A stretch of DNA of 64,000 nt from assembly GCF_006345805.1 (NCBI RefSeq), contig NC_043013.1, forward strand, positions 34,286,001-34,350,000. Direction: 5' to 3'. This DNA is from Octopus sinensis (lineage: Eukaryota). Under the pieces are notes generated by a model. That model did not search any database and was not told the DNA's origin. It was given only the letters and a program-made list of their open reading frames with translations. Made by a program: the position numbers and the translations under genes. This document shows positions 12,311-24,779 of the stretch, piece by piece; within the stretch, counting starts at the first letter, position 1, and the number at the start of each line of letters is the position of its first letter.

Positions 12311-13600
12311 AGTTTGTCCCAGCATGATCAGAATTCTTGGATTAGAACATGTAAAGAATTGAGGATACAAGTAAATGTGTGTGTGTGTGTGTGTGTAATA
12401 CTTGTGTAATGAGATGGGGTGTCAAATCACTCTATTTGTTGATGAAATGCAAAAAGCCCTCACTTCCCTCCTCGCATCTTAAGAAGCAATTATTAATTAC
12501 AATATAAACCTCTTTCCATTTTCTTATTATTTTTAACCATTCTTTGAAAATTCTTCACACTGTACTTTACACAATTCCCTTCTGCTTTCAAATATTTTGC
12601 TTTTCTTGGTTGTCTTGCTAACTTTCTGTAATGAATACTTCACCTTCTTCTAATGCTGTCTTAAAGCATGGGCACACTGCACAGTTCCCAGGGGCCTCAC
12701 AAGCCTAGGGGACCAATTCTAATCTATGTATGCTGTGGCTTCCTACCAAAACATATTATAGGGCTCAGTACACTGATTCATCTGGAGGCCTCTAATTCAC
12801 TAAGACAGCCCTACCCTTTTCCCCTCTTTAATTTTAGAGTTTTTTCCTCCTTTTCCTTTCTTCTACATCTCTTCTTACATCTGTACTATCTTACTCTATG
12901 TCTTTTTCTTTTCTTTTTCTCCAACTTTTACATGACCCTCTATTTTTCCTTTCTCTTGTCCTCTTGCTGTTTGACTCCACTCAACCCCACCCTGGTTGTC
13001 TCTCTCAACTTAACAACTCCAATAAAAGCCACTTAATCACCATGTATTTAGAACAACATGTAAGCAGAAATTTTCATTCATTTGCAGGACGGGAAATTAG
13101 AAAAACCAATTAGTGACCGAAACAGAATGAGGTCTCAATAAATATTATAGCAAAACAGCAGTGAGATGTCTTTGTTTGTAGTTATAATTAATACTGGTAT
13201 GAACACATCGGTGTATACATGAGTGGTTAAGAAGTTTCCATTCCAACCACATAGGCCTTGCCTCAATTTCTTTGTGAGGTACCTTGGCATGTGTTTTCTA
13301 CAATAGCATCAGACTGACCAAAGTCATATGTTTGGATTTGGTACATGGAAACTGGAAGAGGCGTGTCATATATATATATATGACATGTATTTCAGCTGGA
13401 CTTGTATTTAATTTAGATTCTATCTGAACAATGCGGCTGATGCCATCCTGAAGAAGTGGCATCTAACAATAAGGGCATATAAAGATGCAAATTTTCCAAT
13501 GTGCATTAGTTAATTGCCACAGAAACATGTGTAGGTGCAGAAATGAAAAAGATAAAGCTGGATATAAATCTCTATTCTTTTTTATTATAACTTTATTATG

Positions 13601-13632
<32 letters not shown>

Positions 13633-13876
13633 ATATATAGTGTATTTGTGTATGTATGTGTGCGCGTCGGTGTGTACATGTGTGTGCCTCTCTGTGTGTG
13701 TGTGTGTGCTTGTGTTTTAAGACAACACTTTTACAAGAGATGTTATCTCAGAAAACGAATACTGCAATAATTGGCCTATCATTGGTATATATACATTGTG
13801 GCGCATAGATAGTTATTTCATACATAATGACATATATACATTCATTGAGACAGACAGACCGACAGACAGACTGATC

Positions 13877-13907
<31 letters not shown>

Positions 13908-14076
13908 GGATATTCTAGGTGTATGTGTGTGAGTGTAGAAAACGGTATAGCACTGATGGCAACAGCAATGCTTTCTACATCACACTGATTTTTTTGCCAT
14001 GTTCTGCAATGCTTGAAACAAACTATAGCACTTATATGTATATGTATATAATGCACGTGCATGTATCTCTCTCTCC

Positions 14077-14113
<37 letters not shown>

Positions 14114-14280
14114 TCTATCTATCAATTTATCTATCTATCCAGACAGACAAACAGACAAATAGGTAGGTAGGTTGAGAGATAAGTAAATGTACATACATAT
14201 ATGATCTATCTATCTATATATACATTTATGTTTATATCTATATCTATCTATCTATATATATATATCTATATATCTATATC

Positions 14281-14313
<33 letters not shown>

Positions 14314-14494
14314 TCATACATATTTGTATATCTATCTATATATATATACACACACACACATATATATGCATGTATACATATATATACATATATGTATGCA
14401 TATATATATATATATATTCATACATATTTGTATATCTATCAATATATACACACACACAAATATATATGCATGTATACATATATATACATATATG

Positions 14495-14537
<43 letters not shown>

Positions 14538-14571
14538 TATATATATGTATATATATATGTGTGTGTATATA

Positions 14572-14620
<49 letters not shown>

Positions 14621-14924
14621 TGTCTGGGTGTATATATATATAATCGTGAAGTGAGAACAAAAAGTAATTTATGAACATTTGTTTCCTCTTCTTTTGATTG
14701 AGAATATATTTTCAAAATTTTGTCAATTCCTGTCATATCTTGCAAAAGGTAAGAAGTACGAAAGATGCACCAAAGGTCAGATAGACATATTAATCTCCAA
14801 GAGGAAATCAAGAAACCATTGCAACAACTACAAGTCATCGAATGATGACAATAACAACAATGACAACAAGATTAATATGTATCATCGCCGAAACAGGAAG
14901 AACAATAACAGGGGCAAACACAAC

Positions 14925-14971
<47 letters not shown>

Positions 14972-15101
14972 CACATTACACATACATTCAAAATAATAAT
15001 AAACAACATCAGTAACTGCTAATACAGCAAGAAAATTTTACCAACACTATCTACCTCACCCACAGCTTGTACTACAATAACAACATCTACAACAACTATA
15101 G

Positions 15102-15135
<34 letters not shown>

Positions 15136-15514
15136 ATTCAAAAGAAACACAGTGCTGCAAAGTGTGGAGCAAAACCATGTGATGTCTTCTGTGCCTTTTT
15201 TGTTATCAGGAAGGAGACTAGCAAGTACATCAGTTTCACTCAGCAATTTCGTGATTGCTATTTTTATTGCCTGTGATTTTCATCTATATATATATTGTCT
15301 ATTTCTTGTTTCTTGGAAGGTCAGAAAGATCATCCCCACTTCATCACACAACAGGTGGAGATATTTTTAGGCAGTGTATTCTGTTTTGTGTAACCCTTGG
15401 GTTGCCTTGATTGATCAGACTGATGATCAAAAGTACTGAAACCATCATTTTCATTTACACACAAACACAAACACAGACACGCACACATACACACACACAC
15501 ATATATATATATGA

Positions 15515-15800
15515 TGGACTCTCTTGTCGAACATGATGTATGGGTGCTCAGCTTTTGGGTGAACGACCTGCTCGAATGATTTGTTTATAGTGATCAAATG
15601 TTCATGCTGCCCATTAGCTTGCTCTCTTCGTCAAATCGACGTTGTCTGAATAGGTGCACTTTGTACCATGCGTCAGATGTTTAAGTGATTGCAGAGCAAT
15701 GTGAGATTAAATGCTTTACTCAAGAAAACAAGGCACCACTCGTCTACAAATTAAAAGTATGATCTTGCGATTGTGATTGCAACACCCTAACCACTAAACC
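15515..15800 (-). mobile_element. Decayed tRNA-head/CORE-like SINE of a further family
   Basis: Minus-strand head GGTTTAGTGGTTAGGGTGTTGCAATCAC and CORE-like TTCTTGAGTAAAGCATTT. Confidence 0.5.
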
Positions 15801-15829
15801 TAACTGCTATTGGAACTTACATAACACAT

Positions 15830-16105
15830 ACAGGAAACTTTTTACCACTTCTATACACCAATTTCATTGAATAATGGAACTGCAGCTACAGTATCTTTAT
15901 ATATCTTATTTCTATTTTCCTTCTCTTATTTCCCTCCATATTACCCATCTTTTTACCCACAATAATTCAAACTCAAATATTTTCCCACACCGTCTCTGAT
16001 GAAGGGATATCTATAATATCCCAGAAACAGCTGTAAGACTATTTCATTATAAATGTCCTGAAAACTCATCACAGCCTCGGATTTGTTATCTCATTCTGTC
16101 TAATA
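15830..16105 (+). mobile_element. Penelope-like terminal cassette ending at (TA)n
   Basis: Pyrimidine-rich stretch, hammerhead motif, then TA run. Confidence 0.55.
15992..16039 (+). ncRNA. Minimal type I hammerhead ribozyme motif
   Basis: GTCT-CTGATGA-A-GGGATAT(CTATA)ATATCCC-A-GAAA-C(AGCT)G-TA-AGAC; predicted cleavage after GUA at 16035. Confidence 0.75.
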
Positions 16106-16609
16106 TAATATATATATATATAACCATCATATAACATCCAATGTTCCATGTTTGCATGGGGAATTTGTTGAATTTTTTTATGGTTCAATGACATTCCTGT
16201 CCCCATCTTTCATCAGTTTCCAGACAAGTTAATATGTTGCTGTGATCAGCAGTAATGCTATTCACAAAAAACTGGAGATGAACAACATCGCTTTTATGAG
16301 AGTAATGCTCATTTACAACCATTGCCTGATGTCAAGACAAGGATACATGCGTGCACAAACATACACACACACACACATACAAAGGGCTTCTTCCAGTCTC
16401 CATCAACCAAATCTGCTCCCAAGGCTTTTATTGGTCCATGCTGTAATTGAAGACACTTACCCAAAGTGACACACAGTGGATTTGAACTCAAAACTATGTT
16501 TTTCAGAAGTAATCACCAAGTTATGTGTGTCACAACCAAATGGCATCGCAATATAATTCTGAAAGTGCTGTAGAGATAAATGCTTAACTTTTTGAAATAT
16601 ATGATAAAA

Positions 16610-16830
16610 CGTAAGGTGATGAGCTGGCAGAATTGTTAGTACACTGGGCAAAGTGCTTACCAATATTTCATCTGTCTTAACACCCTGAGCTCAAATTCTG
16701 CTGAGGTCAATTTAATCTTTCATCCTTTCAAGGTCAATAAAAATAGGACCAGTTGAGTACTGTGGTCATTGTAATTAACTTAGCCTCTCTGTCAAGACTA
16801 CCGGTCAAGTGCCAAAATTTGAAACCAATT
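16610..16830 (+). mobile_element. SINE family B, decayed full copy
   Basis: AAGGTGATGAGCTGGCAGAATTGTTAG...GAGCTCAAATTC...CTTTCATCCTTTCAAGGTC. Confidence 0.75.
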
Positions 16831-17003
16831 TAAGATAAAATGTTTAATACATGAATAGGCACAGGAGTGGCTGTGTGGTAAGAAGCTTGCTTCACAACCA
16901 CATGTTATAGCCTCATACCAACCAAAGGCTTACATGTGGATTTGGGACACAGAAACTGAAAGAAGCCTGTCGTATATATATATATATATATATAATATAT
17001 ATA

Positions 17004-17089
17004 TATATAATATAATTCGAGACAAAACCACTATTTTATTATTTTAAATTATTTTAAAATAGTGGTTTTGTCTCGAATTATATTATATA
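17004..17089. repeat. Perfect 35-bp inverted repeat with 16-nt spacer
   Basis: TATATAATATAATTCGAGACAAAACCACTATTTTA (17004-17038) and its exact reverse complement (17055-17089). Confidence 0.95.
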
Positions 17090-17178
17090 ATATTTTACTA
17101 TAAAATTGGATTTAACCCTAAATCTGATTTTTTCCCTGTAATTTTGGATTCATTCCCTAATATTTATTATTATATATA

Positions 17179-17219
<41 letters not shown>

Positions 17220-17343
17220 GAAATAATTGAGATTCAGTTGAATTAGGTACTTAAGTTGAAGCACCAAGTCAGTCCGGTATTATCCGCACAGCTCGAAGTA
17301 AAGTGAATAAAATCAAAATAAGCAACAGGATATCAAGTAGTGA

Positions 17344-17429
17344 TGCAGCACGACCGTTTCAAGCAACTCCATTTAATTGAACAATGCAATCATTAGATCA
17401 ATTTAAATGCGGTGCCATCCTCAGCTACA
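17344..17429 (-). ncRNA. Type I hammerhead motif with long stem II, G at the cleavage position
   Basis: TGTAG-CTGAGGA-TGGCA...TGCTT-GAAA-CGGTCG-T-G-CTGCA; 5-bp stem I; flanked by 27-bp inverted repeats. Confidence 0.6.
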
Positions 17430-18229
17430 TTTGATATCCTGTTGCTTATATCACTGCTTGATATCCTGTTGCTTATCTTGATTATATATATTTATGTACG
17501 TTTTTGTTATTTGTTTTTGTGTCTGTACCTCAACCATCACTTGACAACCAATGCTGGTGTCCATCACTACGCTTACTTAAATCTGAATAATTCTTCACGT
17601 CTTTTTTTAATAGGTCAATGTAGGTGGTTTGTAAAGTATGATGCTGGTGGCTTTGATATAGAGTATAGAGGAGGCTATATATGAGTTATGGTGGTGGATA
17701 TGTGTTGTGGATTACAGCAGGATGAAGATCATTGAGCAATTTAAGGTAGATCAATGAGTTTAAGCATTTTCTGAAGCACTTCAAACTTGTAGGCATTAAA
17801 CTACTTAAGCATTGTTGTTGACATTTGGTTTGATTTTAAAGACACGTTGCTGTCAAAGAATATACAAAGCAATGTGCTCCAAGCAGTCGTTTAAAAATTT
17901 TAAATGCTTCCTGAAAACAAAACAGTCCGCAGTATAAGAATAGAAGAGAGTGAACAGATAACAGATTGAAATGTCTTGGGTCAGTGGTCCATTTGAATGA
18001 ATGTCAACCGAAATCAATGACCAAAGTAATACGATAGTTAAAGAAATATAACATTCCATTTTTTTCTATGGTTCACCATTTCCCTAGAGGCTTATAACCA
18101 TACTCTTGTGTTTTTCAAATCAGTTTTGGCAATATTCCAAAGGGAATTTTCTTGGTCATTGGTTTCACTTCTTTAAACAGCTTGTAAAACTCTGATGTTT
18201 TCTAAGTCATTCTCTACACACACCCACTA

Positions 18230-18430
18230 TATGAGGGGGTACTGAAAAGTTCCTCACTTTAAGAGTATTGTGAAAGGCCTAGTTGGAGGCCCAGCATTAC
18301 AAGTGCTTTTACAGGGCTTAATAACTGAAAGTCCTGAGAGGAGAATATGTTCAATGAAATCATAATTAACTGATTCTCCTGTATTTTCTTTTACCCAAAA
18401 GCCAAGAGCTTTTCAGCCCACCCCCTCGTA
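18230..18430. mobile_element. Mariner-type MITE
   Basis: TATGAGGGGGTACTGAAAAG ... CTTTTCAGCCCACCCCCTCGTA, TA ends; sister copy at 44318-44538. Confidence 0.8.
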
Positions 18431-18473
18431 TATAAAAGCCAATAGCTTTATTTAAGCTCACAGTCATGGCTAC

Positions 18474-18519
18474 TTCTAACTGATGAGACTCAATATGCCA
18501 AAACACTGGTGTCCCAGAG
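18474..18519 (+). ncRNA. Decayed hammerhead motif
   Basis: TTCTAA-CTGATGA-GACT(CAATAT)GCC-AAAA-CAC(TG)GTG-TC-CCAGAG; G12A and two stem I mismatches. Confidence 0.4.
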
Positions 18520-18859
18520 TGTCATATGCCAATGAACCACTTGTGTTCAGCACACTGTTATTGTAAAAGAGAGTAGTTATCCTCCTTTAATGTACATTAC
18601 AACAACATACATATATTAGGTCTGAACCTATCTGGATGTGTAATGAATAAATATGCAAAACATCATATCCATCTTGCTCTGCTCTACCATCTCTCACACT
18701 CTCTCTCACTCTCTGACTGGGTAACCACGTATCCCCTGTACAGCAAAACACTTGTTTCAAACTCTCTTTGTCACACTCTAGCATTTAATCATCTGGCACA
18801 AGATCACTTCCTCCAGTGCCTCATACCCTCCCAAAGGACCTTTGTTTTGCAAATTACTT

Positions 18860-19110
18860 GCTGACCTTGCCAGTGCTGGTGTCATGTAAAAATCATCCAG
18901 TCCACAATGCAAAGTGGTTGGCATTTAGAACGGCATCCAGATGTAAAATCCATGCCAAAACTGAACTCACCTGTGTTGGAGCCGTGTAAAAATCACTTAC
19001 AAAGGGCATCCAGCTGTAAAAAGCATGCCAAAACAGACACTAGAGCCTAGTTCAGTCTTCTGCCTAACCAGTTTCTGTCAAAACGTCCAGCCCATGCCAC
19101 TAAGAATAAA
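18860..19110 (+). mobile_element. SINE family F with duplicated 5' module
   Basis: GTGCTGGTGTCATGTAAAAATC / GGCATCCAG.TGTAAAA each occur twice. Confidence 0.65.
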
Positions 19111-19177
19111 TGCAAGGCAAAATTACTACTTGTTTTTATAGCAAATTGGTGCAGGTAGTTTATCTCATCCTTCTCAG

Positions 19178-19207
<30 letters not shown>

Positions 19208-19211
<4 letters not shown>

Positions 19212-19476
19212 CATCATCGTTTAACGTCCGCTTTCCATGCTAGCATGGGTTGGACGATTTGACTGAGGGCTGGCGAACCAGAAGGCTGCACAAGACTCCA
19301 AACTTGATCTGGCAGAGTTCCTACTGCTGGGTGCCCTTCCTAACGCCAACCACTCCGAGAGTGTAGTGGGTGCTTTTACGTGCCACCAGCATGAGGGCCA
19401 GTCAGGCGGTACTGGCAACGAACCTCGCTCGAATGTTTTTTCACGTGCCACCAGCACAAGTGCCAGTAAGGCGGCA
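19208..19476 (-). mobile_element. SINE family F, relatively young
   Basis: TCATCATCGTTTAACGTCCGCTTTCCATGCTAGCATGGGTTGG...GCCCTTCCTAACGCCAACC. Confidence 0.85.
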
Positions 19477-19817
19477 CACATTTAGAAAAGTAAATAGAAG
19501 ACCAATGCAGAGGAGTTGTTAACATTGAGCTATGACCCAGCAGCTAGTATGTAATAGACTACCAAGCACTAAAGTGATTACTAATATACCACAAAATTTG
19601 AAGAGGTTTACAATATTAGTGCTAGTTGCTGCTACTACTACTGATGCTATTGCTACTACTACTACTACTGATGATGATCATTACAAAAAGTAAACATATA
19701 TATATATATATATATATATACTAAAGTAAATTCATCAGTATATTATATTTTATCTTTTTAATTTTGTGATAATTTTATTCATTTGATATTAATTTACAAA
19801 ATATTACAAAGTGTTAA

Positions 19818-19864
<47 letters not shown>

Positions 19865-20486
19865 CATCTTTATTATTTTCCTCTCCTCGTCTAATTGAGT
19901 TGGAAACTATTTTAATTTGTATCAGTTGAATGTTCAGTCAGGTATGACATCTTGGGAAGTGGAAGTGTAATGGGATGGAGCATGGTAAGGAGTAGCGGTG
20001 GTGGGGGGGGGTAAGGAAACTGATTGGGACTGGAGGCTGTGTCGGAGTTAGTTTAGATGATGCTGGATTGAGAAAAGGTGAAGGAGTGTGACAGTCATAG
20101 AGAGAAAAATTGGGGAAAAAAAAAATCCAAATTTTAAAAGAAAATGGAAATTATATGAAAATGAATTGAATGATTGCAAATAAAAAAAATTCATTAATAC
20201 TTAAATACATGCACGCACACACTCACACATGCAGACATGTATATATAACTGCATATGTATATATATATATGTGTGTGTGTGTATATATATATATATATTA
20301 AAGATACAAAAATCTTACATAGGTACACAAATATGCACATCGATATGTATGTGCATATAAATGCACATGTATGTGTGTATCTATATGCATGCATATATAT
20401 ATATATATAAAACATATATACCTGTACTGCGCATTCACACATATGTATAAGTGGATGTGTAGGGATGTGTGTGTGTAGACACCTGC

Positions 20487-20518
<32 letters not shown>

Positions 20519-20784
20519 CTGCATGAAATAACTTATATGTAGCATGTTTGTGTATGTGCCTATGCACATATCCTTATTAACGTCTAGACTCAGACACCAA
20601 TATGCCATGCTCTATTACATACAAATTAAAACTGGCATGGAAATTACAGCCAGAGAAGTAAAATAAATTTTAAGAACAGAAAAGACAAAATTCATAATTT
20701 AAATAAAATAACACAAAATACAAATATTGAATTAAAAACAAAATTTTAAAAAATTCAAAATGAATCCTCCTCCTCCTCCTCCTC

Positions 20785-20827
<43 letters not shown>

Positions 20828-20890
20828 TATTATTATTATCATTATTATTATATTATTGTTACCATTATTATTATTATTATTGTTATCATC

Positions 20891-20922
<32 letters not shown>

Positions 20923-20933
20923 CATTATTATTA

Positions 20934-20979
<46 letters not shown>

Positions 20980-21074
20980 TATTACTATTATTATTATTAT
21001 TATTATCATTAATATTATTATCATTATTATTACTATTATTATCATTATTATTACTATTATTATCATTATCATTA

Positions 21075-21113
<39 letters not shown>

Positions 21114-21135
21114 CATCATTATTATTATTATCATT

Positions 21136-21166
<31 letters not shown>

Positions 21167-21190
21167 TTATTGTTATTATTATTATTATTT
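20785..21190. repeat. About 400-bp (ATT)n compound microsatellite
   Basis: Directly visible; source of the poly-Y/I/L ORFs. A similar (TAA)n lies at 41780-41925. Confidence 0.95.
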
Positions 21191-21888
21191 GTGCTACTAG
21201 TGATAATAATAATATTGAATAACTAATATATACGTACAGCTTCTGTAGGAATTCTGCTAATTCAACAATAATAAATGACATGCTATATAAAGTTTAAAAT
21301 ATAAAAAAAAAACAACAGTAATAATTATCATGAGCATCATCATCATCATCGTTGTCATTTTCATTATTGGCTGCATCAGCATCATTACTAGCACTGGAAT
21401 TATTGTAATTATTATTAGCTGATGCAGACTCCCCAAGAGAAATAATGGGAAAAAGTATGCAAAAGATTATAGGAGAAGGGTGTGGTTATGAAAAAGGATG
21501 ACCAGTCTCCCCCCACACACACAGCTATAGAAATAAAATATTTCTTTAAAAGAAATATTAAAAATGCACTGAATTATTAGAGAGAAAATTTTATGACTTT
21601 TTTTTTTTGGTTTGTTTGTTGGGGGATGGGTTGGGGTTAAGAATACAAAAAAATATTTAATCCCAAATAAACATGAGTAAATTACAATTAAACAAAAATG
21701 ACAAAATGATAAATATATAATTGTATGTAAAAGTATGAATTTAGATATATATGTGTGTGTGTATCTATCTATCTATATATATATATATACACATACATAC
21801 ACATATGTATGTATGAATATATATATATACACACACACATATGTATGTATGAAGATTTATATATATACACACACACATGTATGTATGA

Positions 21889-21936
<48 letters not shown>

Positions 21937-23042
21937 ATTCAGTATGTATATATTTTATAGATAAAAATACATAAATGATATATAAACAGCAACAAGATTC
22001 CTACTCCCCTTCTTTTCCTCCTACTTCCTCATATAATAAGCGAGATATCTGTTATTAATGAGAAAATAATAACGATATTGTTCTAGTGGGATAGCATCTC
22101 TGCAGCTACCACCTACACTCCCTTACCATTTACCCTTTCTATAATTATGATTCACTTTGCTGTCATATTGTCTGTAGTTCACCACCACCACCTTGGCAAC
22201 AAATAATTAGTGTGACCACCCACTGCCACCACCACCACTACCACCAACACCATCACCACAACATTCTCCAAGGTTTCTTTACTGGCCAACATATGCAATG
22301 CCACTCACCACCACTGACATAAACAACAGTATTTCTATCCCCAACTTCAACAACACCCTCTGCTCTAACCAAACTCCCTTAGTCACTAGGGTTTTTTTTT
22401 GTCTGTTCTAAAAGAAGGAAATAATGAGAATAATTGTATTAATTATGATTTTGTGATTGATTACAACCATAATTCCAAAAACGAATTTTTGGGATGGTGG
22501 GATGGCATATTTCTTTTAGAAGGTGGAGCAGGCACTGGGAATAGCATGCTTCTGTATAATTAAAATAGCTGTTAGTATCCATCTGTCCCCTGCCTACCGA
22601 GTATTCCATGGGAGGGTCATGTTCCAACCCGGCAAGATAATGAAAGGATTAAGCAATTACAAAGCCTATCTCTCCTGCAACCAACAATGGAGAGCTTATA
22701 CTTTCCCATGGTACCTATTTTAATGACCTTTCACCTGAGCCAGCAAGAGCTTTAGTGTCAGTCATAGAAAGACACAAAGTGACTTCATCACTAGTGAATG
22801 GTATGACTTTTTCACATGCTTGCAGCAGCAGGAGGAGTCATCATCGTTGTTGTCATCGTCATCGTCGACGTAGTAGTAGTAGTAGTAGTAAAGGTGGTAA
22901 TGGTGTTAGAAAACACAACCCTCTGCTACTATTCAATGAAAGAGCATCTCTGCTATTATTTGGTAATAATAAATATTAACTAAATCCATGCTATTTACAT
23001 TATTTACATTTGACAGCTATTTGTCCTCATCATGTTTGTTGT

Positions 23043-23086
23043 TAACACGTTTCGGCTGATATACCCTCCAGTCTTCATCAGGTGTC
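23043..23086 (-). ncRNA. Degenerate minimal hammerhead motif in a Penelope-like cassette (about 22990-23135)
   Basis: GACAC-CTGATGA-A-GACTG(GAGGGTATAT)CAGCC-GAAA-CGT-GTT; G follows the palindromic ACGT. Confidence 0.5.
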
Positions 23087-23133
23087 TTAGGGAAATTTAG
23101 AACCTGGGTTCTCATTTCTAAGGTATTTTTCGA

Positions 23134-23199
<66 letters not shown>

Positions 23200-23714
23200 G
23201 TATGTATTATATATGTATGCATGTACACAAATAGACTGAAGATTTGTAACTTGAGAAATGTCATTAAGCAATGGCGCTTGTTTCTGCATATATTCAAAGT
23301 CTTTGCACAATCCTTGTGATTGGGTTTGGGGAAACAAAATGACTGCACTGACTTTAATTTGGTCTGTCGGCCATATTTGAAACTATCACAGAAAGACATT
23401 TGTAAGAAACAAAGAAACTACTTTTACGTGAGTACAAGTGTGTGCATGAGTATGAGTGTGTGTTCATGTAAGTATAGGAATAAAAATGTGTCTCACAGAC
23501 TGCAGTATGAGTAAATACATAGACAAGTGCAGCAAACTAAATTTATCGAAGACCATTACATGCACAAACTCACAACTCATACCAATAGCAAACAAATACC
23601 GCCATCATAGTCTATTTGCGTACATGCATACATAGTGTGAACATCGTCGTCATCACCACCACTGCCACCGCCACCACCATCACCATCGTCATCATCATAA
23701 CTGCTAGCATTTTC

Positions 23715-24110
23715 GTCAGCATCATTATCATCCTTTAACGTCTGTTTTCCATGCTGGCATGGGTTGAACACTCTTAACCAGAGCTGGCTAGCAGTAGAAC
23801 AACACCAGGTTCCTGTCTGACTTGATTTGGTTTCTATGGCCAGATGCCCTTCCTAATGCCAACCACTTTACCATGTGCGCTGAGTGCTCTTAACGTGGCA
23901 CTGGCACTTGTCACTTGCTTGCAATCTCCCATGAGACATGTCTGACTACTGAGATGCTCGTATTTGAAGAGTCTTTCTCCAGCTCTGTGAAAATCACTTG
24001 GAAACAGATGAGGGTTGGTGACCGGAAGAGCATCCAGCTACAGGATATAAACTTTAATGAATCTGAATTTGACTGCTAAATGCAAGCATAAACATGAAAA
24101 TCTTTAAAAT
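23715..24110. mobile_element. Two family F-type SINEs head to head (minus 23715-23920, plus 23985-24110)
   Basis: CATCCTTTAACGTCTGTTTTCCATGC...GCCCTTCCTAATGCCAACC and GGTTGGTGACCGGAAGAGCATCCAGC. Confidence 0.65.
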
Positions 24111-24159
24111 CCATTAAGACAGTGATTACGAGGAGGATACTTAAGTATTGATATATTTC

Positions 24160-24376
24160 TGTCAGTTAAGTAGCAGCAATCTATGTTCTTTGCTCTGTTC
24201 AGTTGCATTCTGTATCATGAAGATCTGTTCATCATAGGAACTGCTATTACAAAAACTTTCCTGCTCCTCTTTCAACACAGCATCAATTTCTATCTTTAAT
24301 CTATTCAGGAGAACACTGCAAAGAACTTTACCAAATATGGATAATAGAATGATGCCACACGAGTTGTTACAGTCAT
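24160..24376 (-). pseudogene. RTE-clade LINE reverse transcriptase fragment
   Basis: DCNNSCGIILLSIFGKVLCSVLLNRLKIEIDAVLKEEQESFCNSSSYDEQIF resembles the RTE pattern N.RGI.LLS..GK....LL.R......L..EQ.GF...S..DQI. Confidence 0.85.
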
Positions 24377-24610
24377 AATATATGTATGTGTGTGTATATG
24401 CTTGTGTGTCTGTTTGTCCCCACAGCATCATTTGACAACCGATGCTGGTGTGTTTATATCCCCGTAACTTAGCAGTTCCACAAAAGAGACCGATAGAATA
24501 AGTATTAGGCTTACAAAGAATAAGTCCTGGGGTTGAATTCTTCAACTAAAGGCGTTGCTCCAGCATGGCCGTAGTCAAATGATTGAAACAAGTAAAAGAG
24601 TAAAAGAGTA
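24377..24610 (+). mobile_element. SINE family A, 3' half starting at the internal microsatellite
   Basis: TTTGTCCCCACAGCATCATTTGACAACCGATGC...GATTGAAACAAGTAAAAGAGTAAAAG. Confidence 0.85.
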
Positions 24611-24621
24611 TATATACTTAT

Positions 24622-24653
<32 letters not shown>

Positions 24654-24696
24654 ACATATATATATATATGTATGTATGTATTATGTATATATATAT

Positions 24697-24747
24697 GTTG
24701 GTATGGCTGCGGAATCATATTATAACATCTTTTCGAGAAATAAATAA

Positions 24748-24779
<32 letters not shown>

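Noticed and set aside
13080-13135. GACCGAAACAG hammerhead-like 3' half, and a weak GIY-YIG-end resemblance at 12760-12800
   Set aside because: No CUGANGA at the right spacing; protein similarity too short.
16200-16225. CTGATGA on the minus strand
   Set aside because: No GAAA or paired stem II downstream.
17837-17915. HVAVKEYTK kinase-like peptide after an AG
   Set aside because: Frame stops within about 25 codons with no donor site; chance match.
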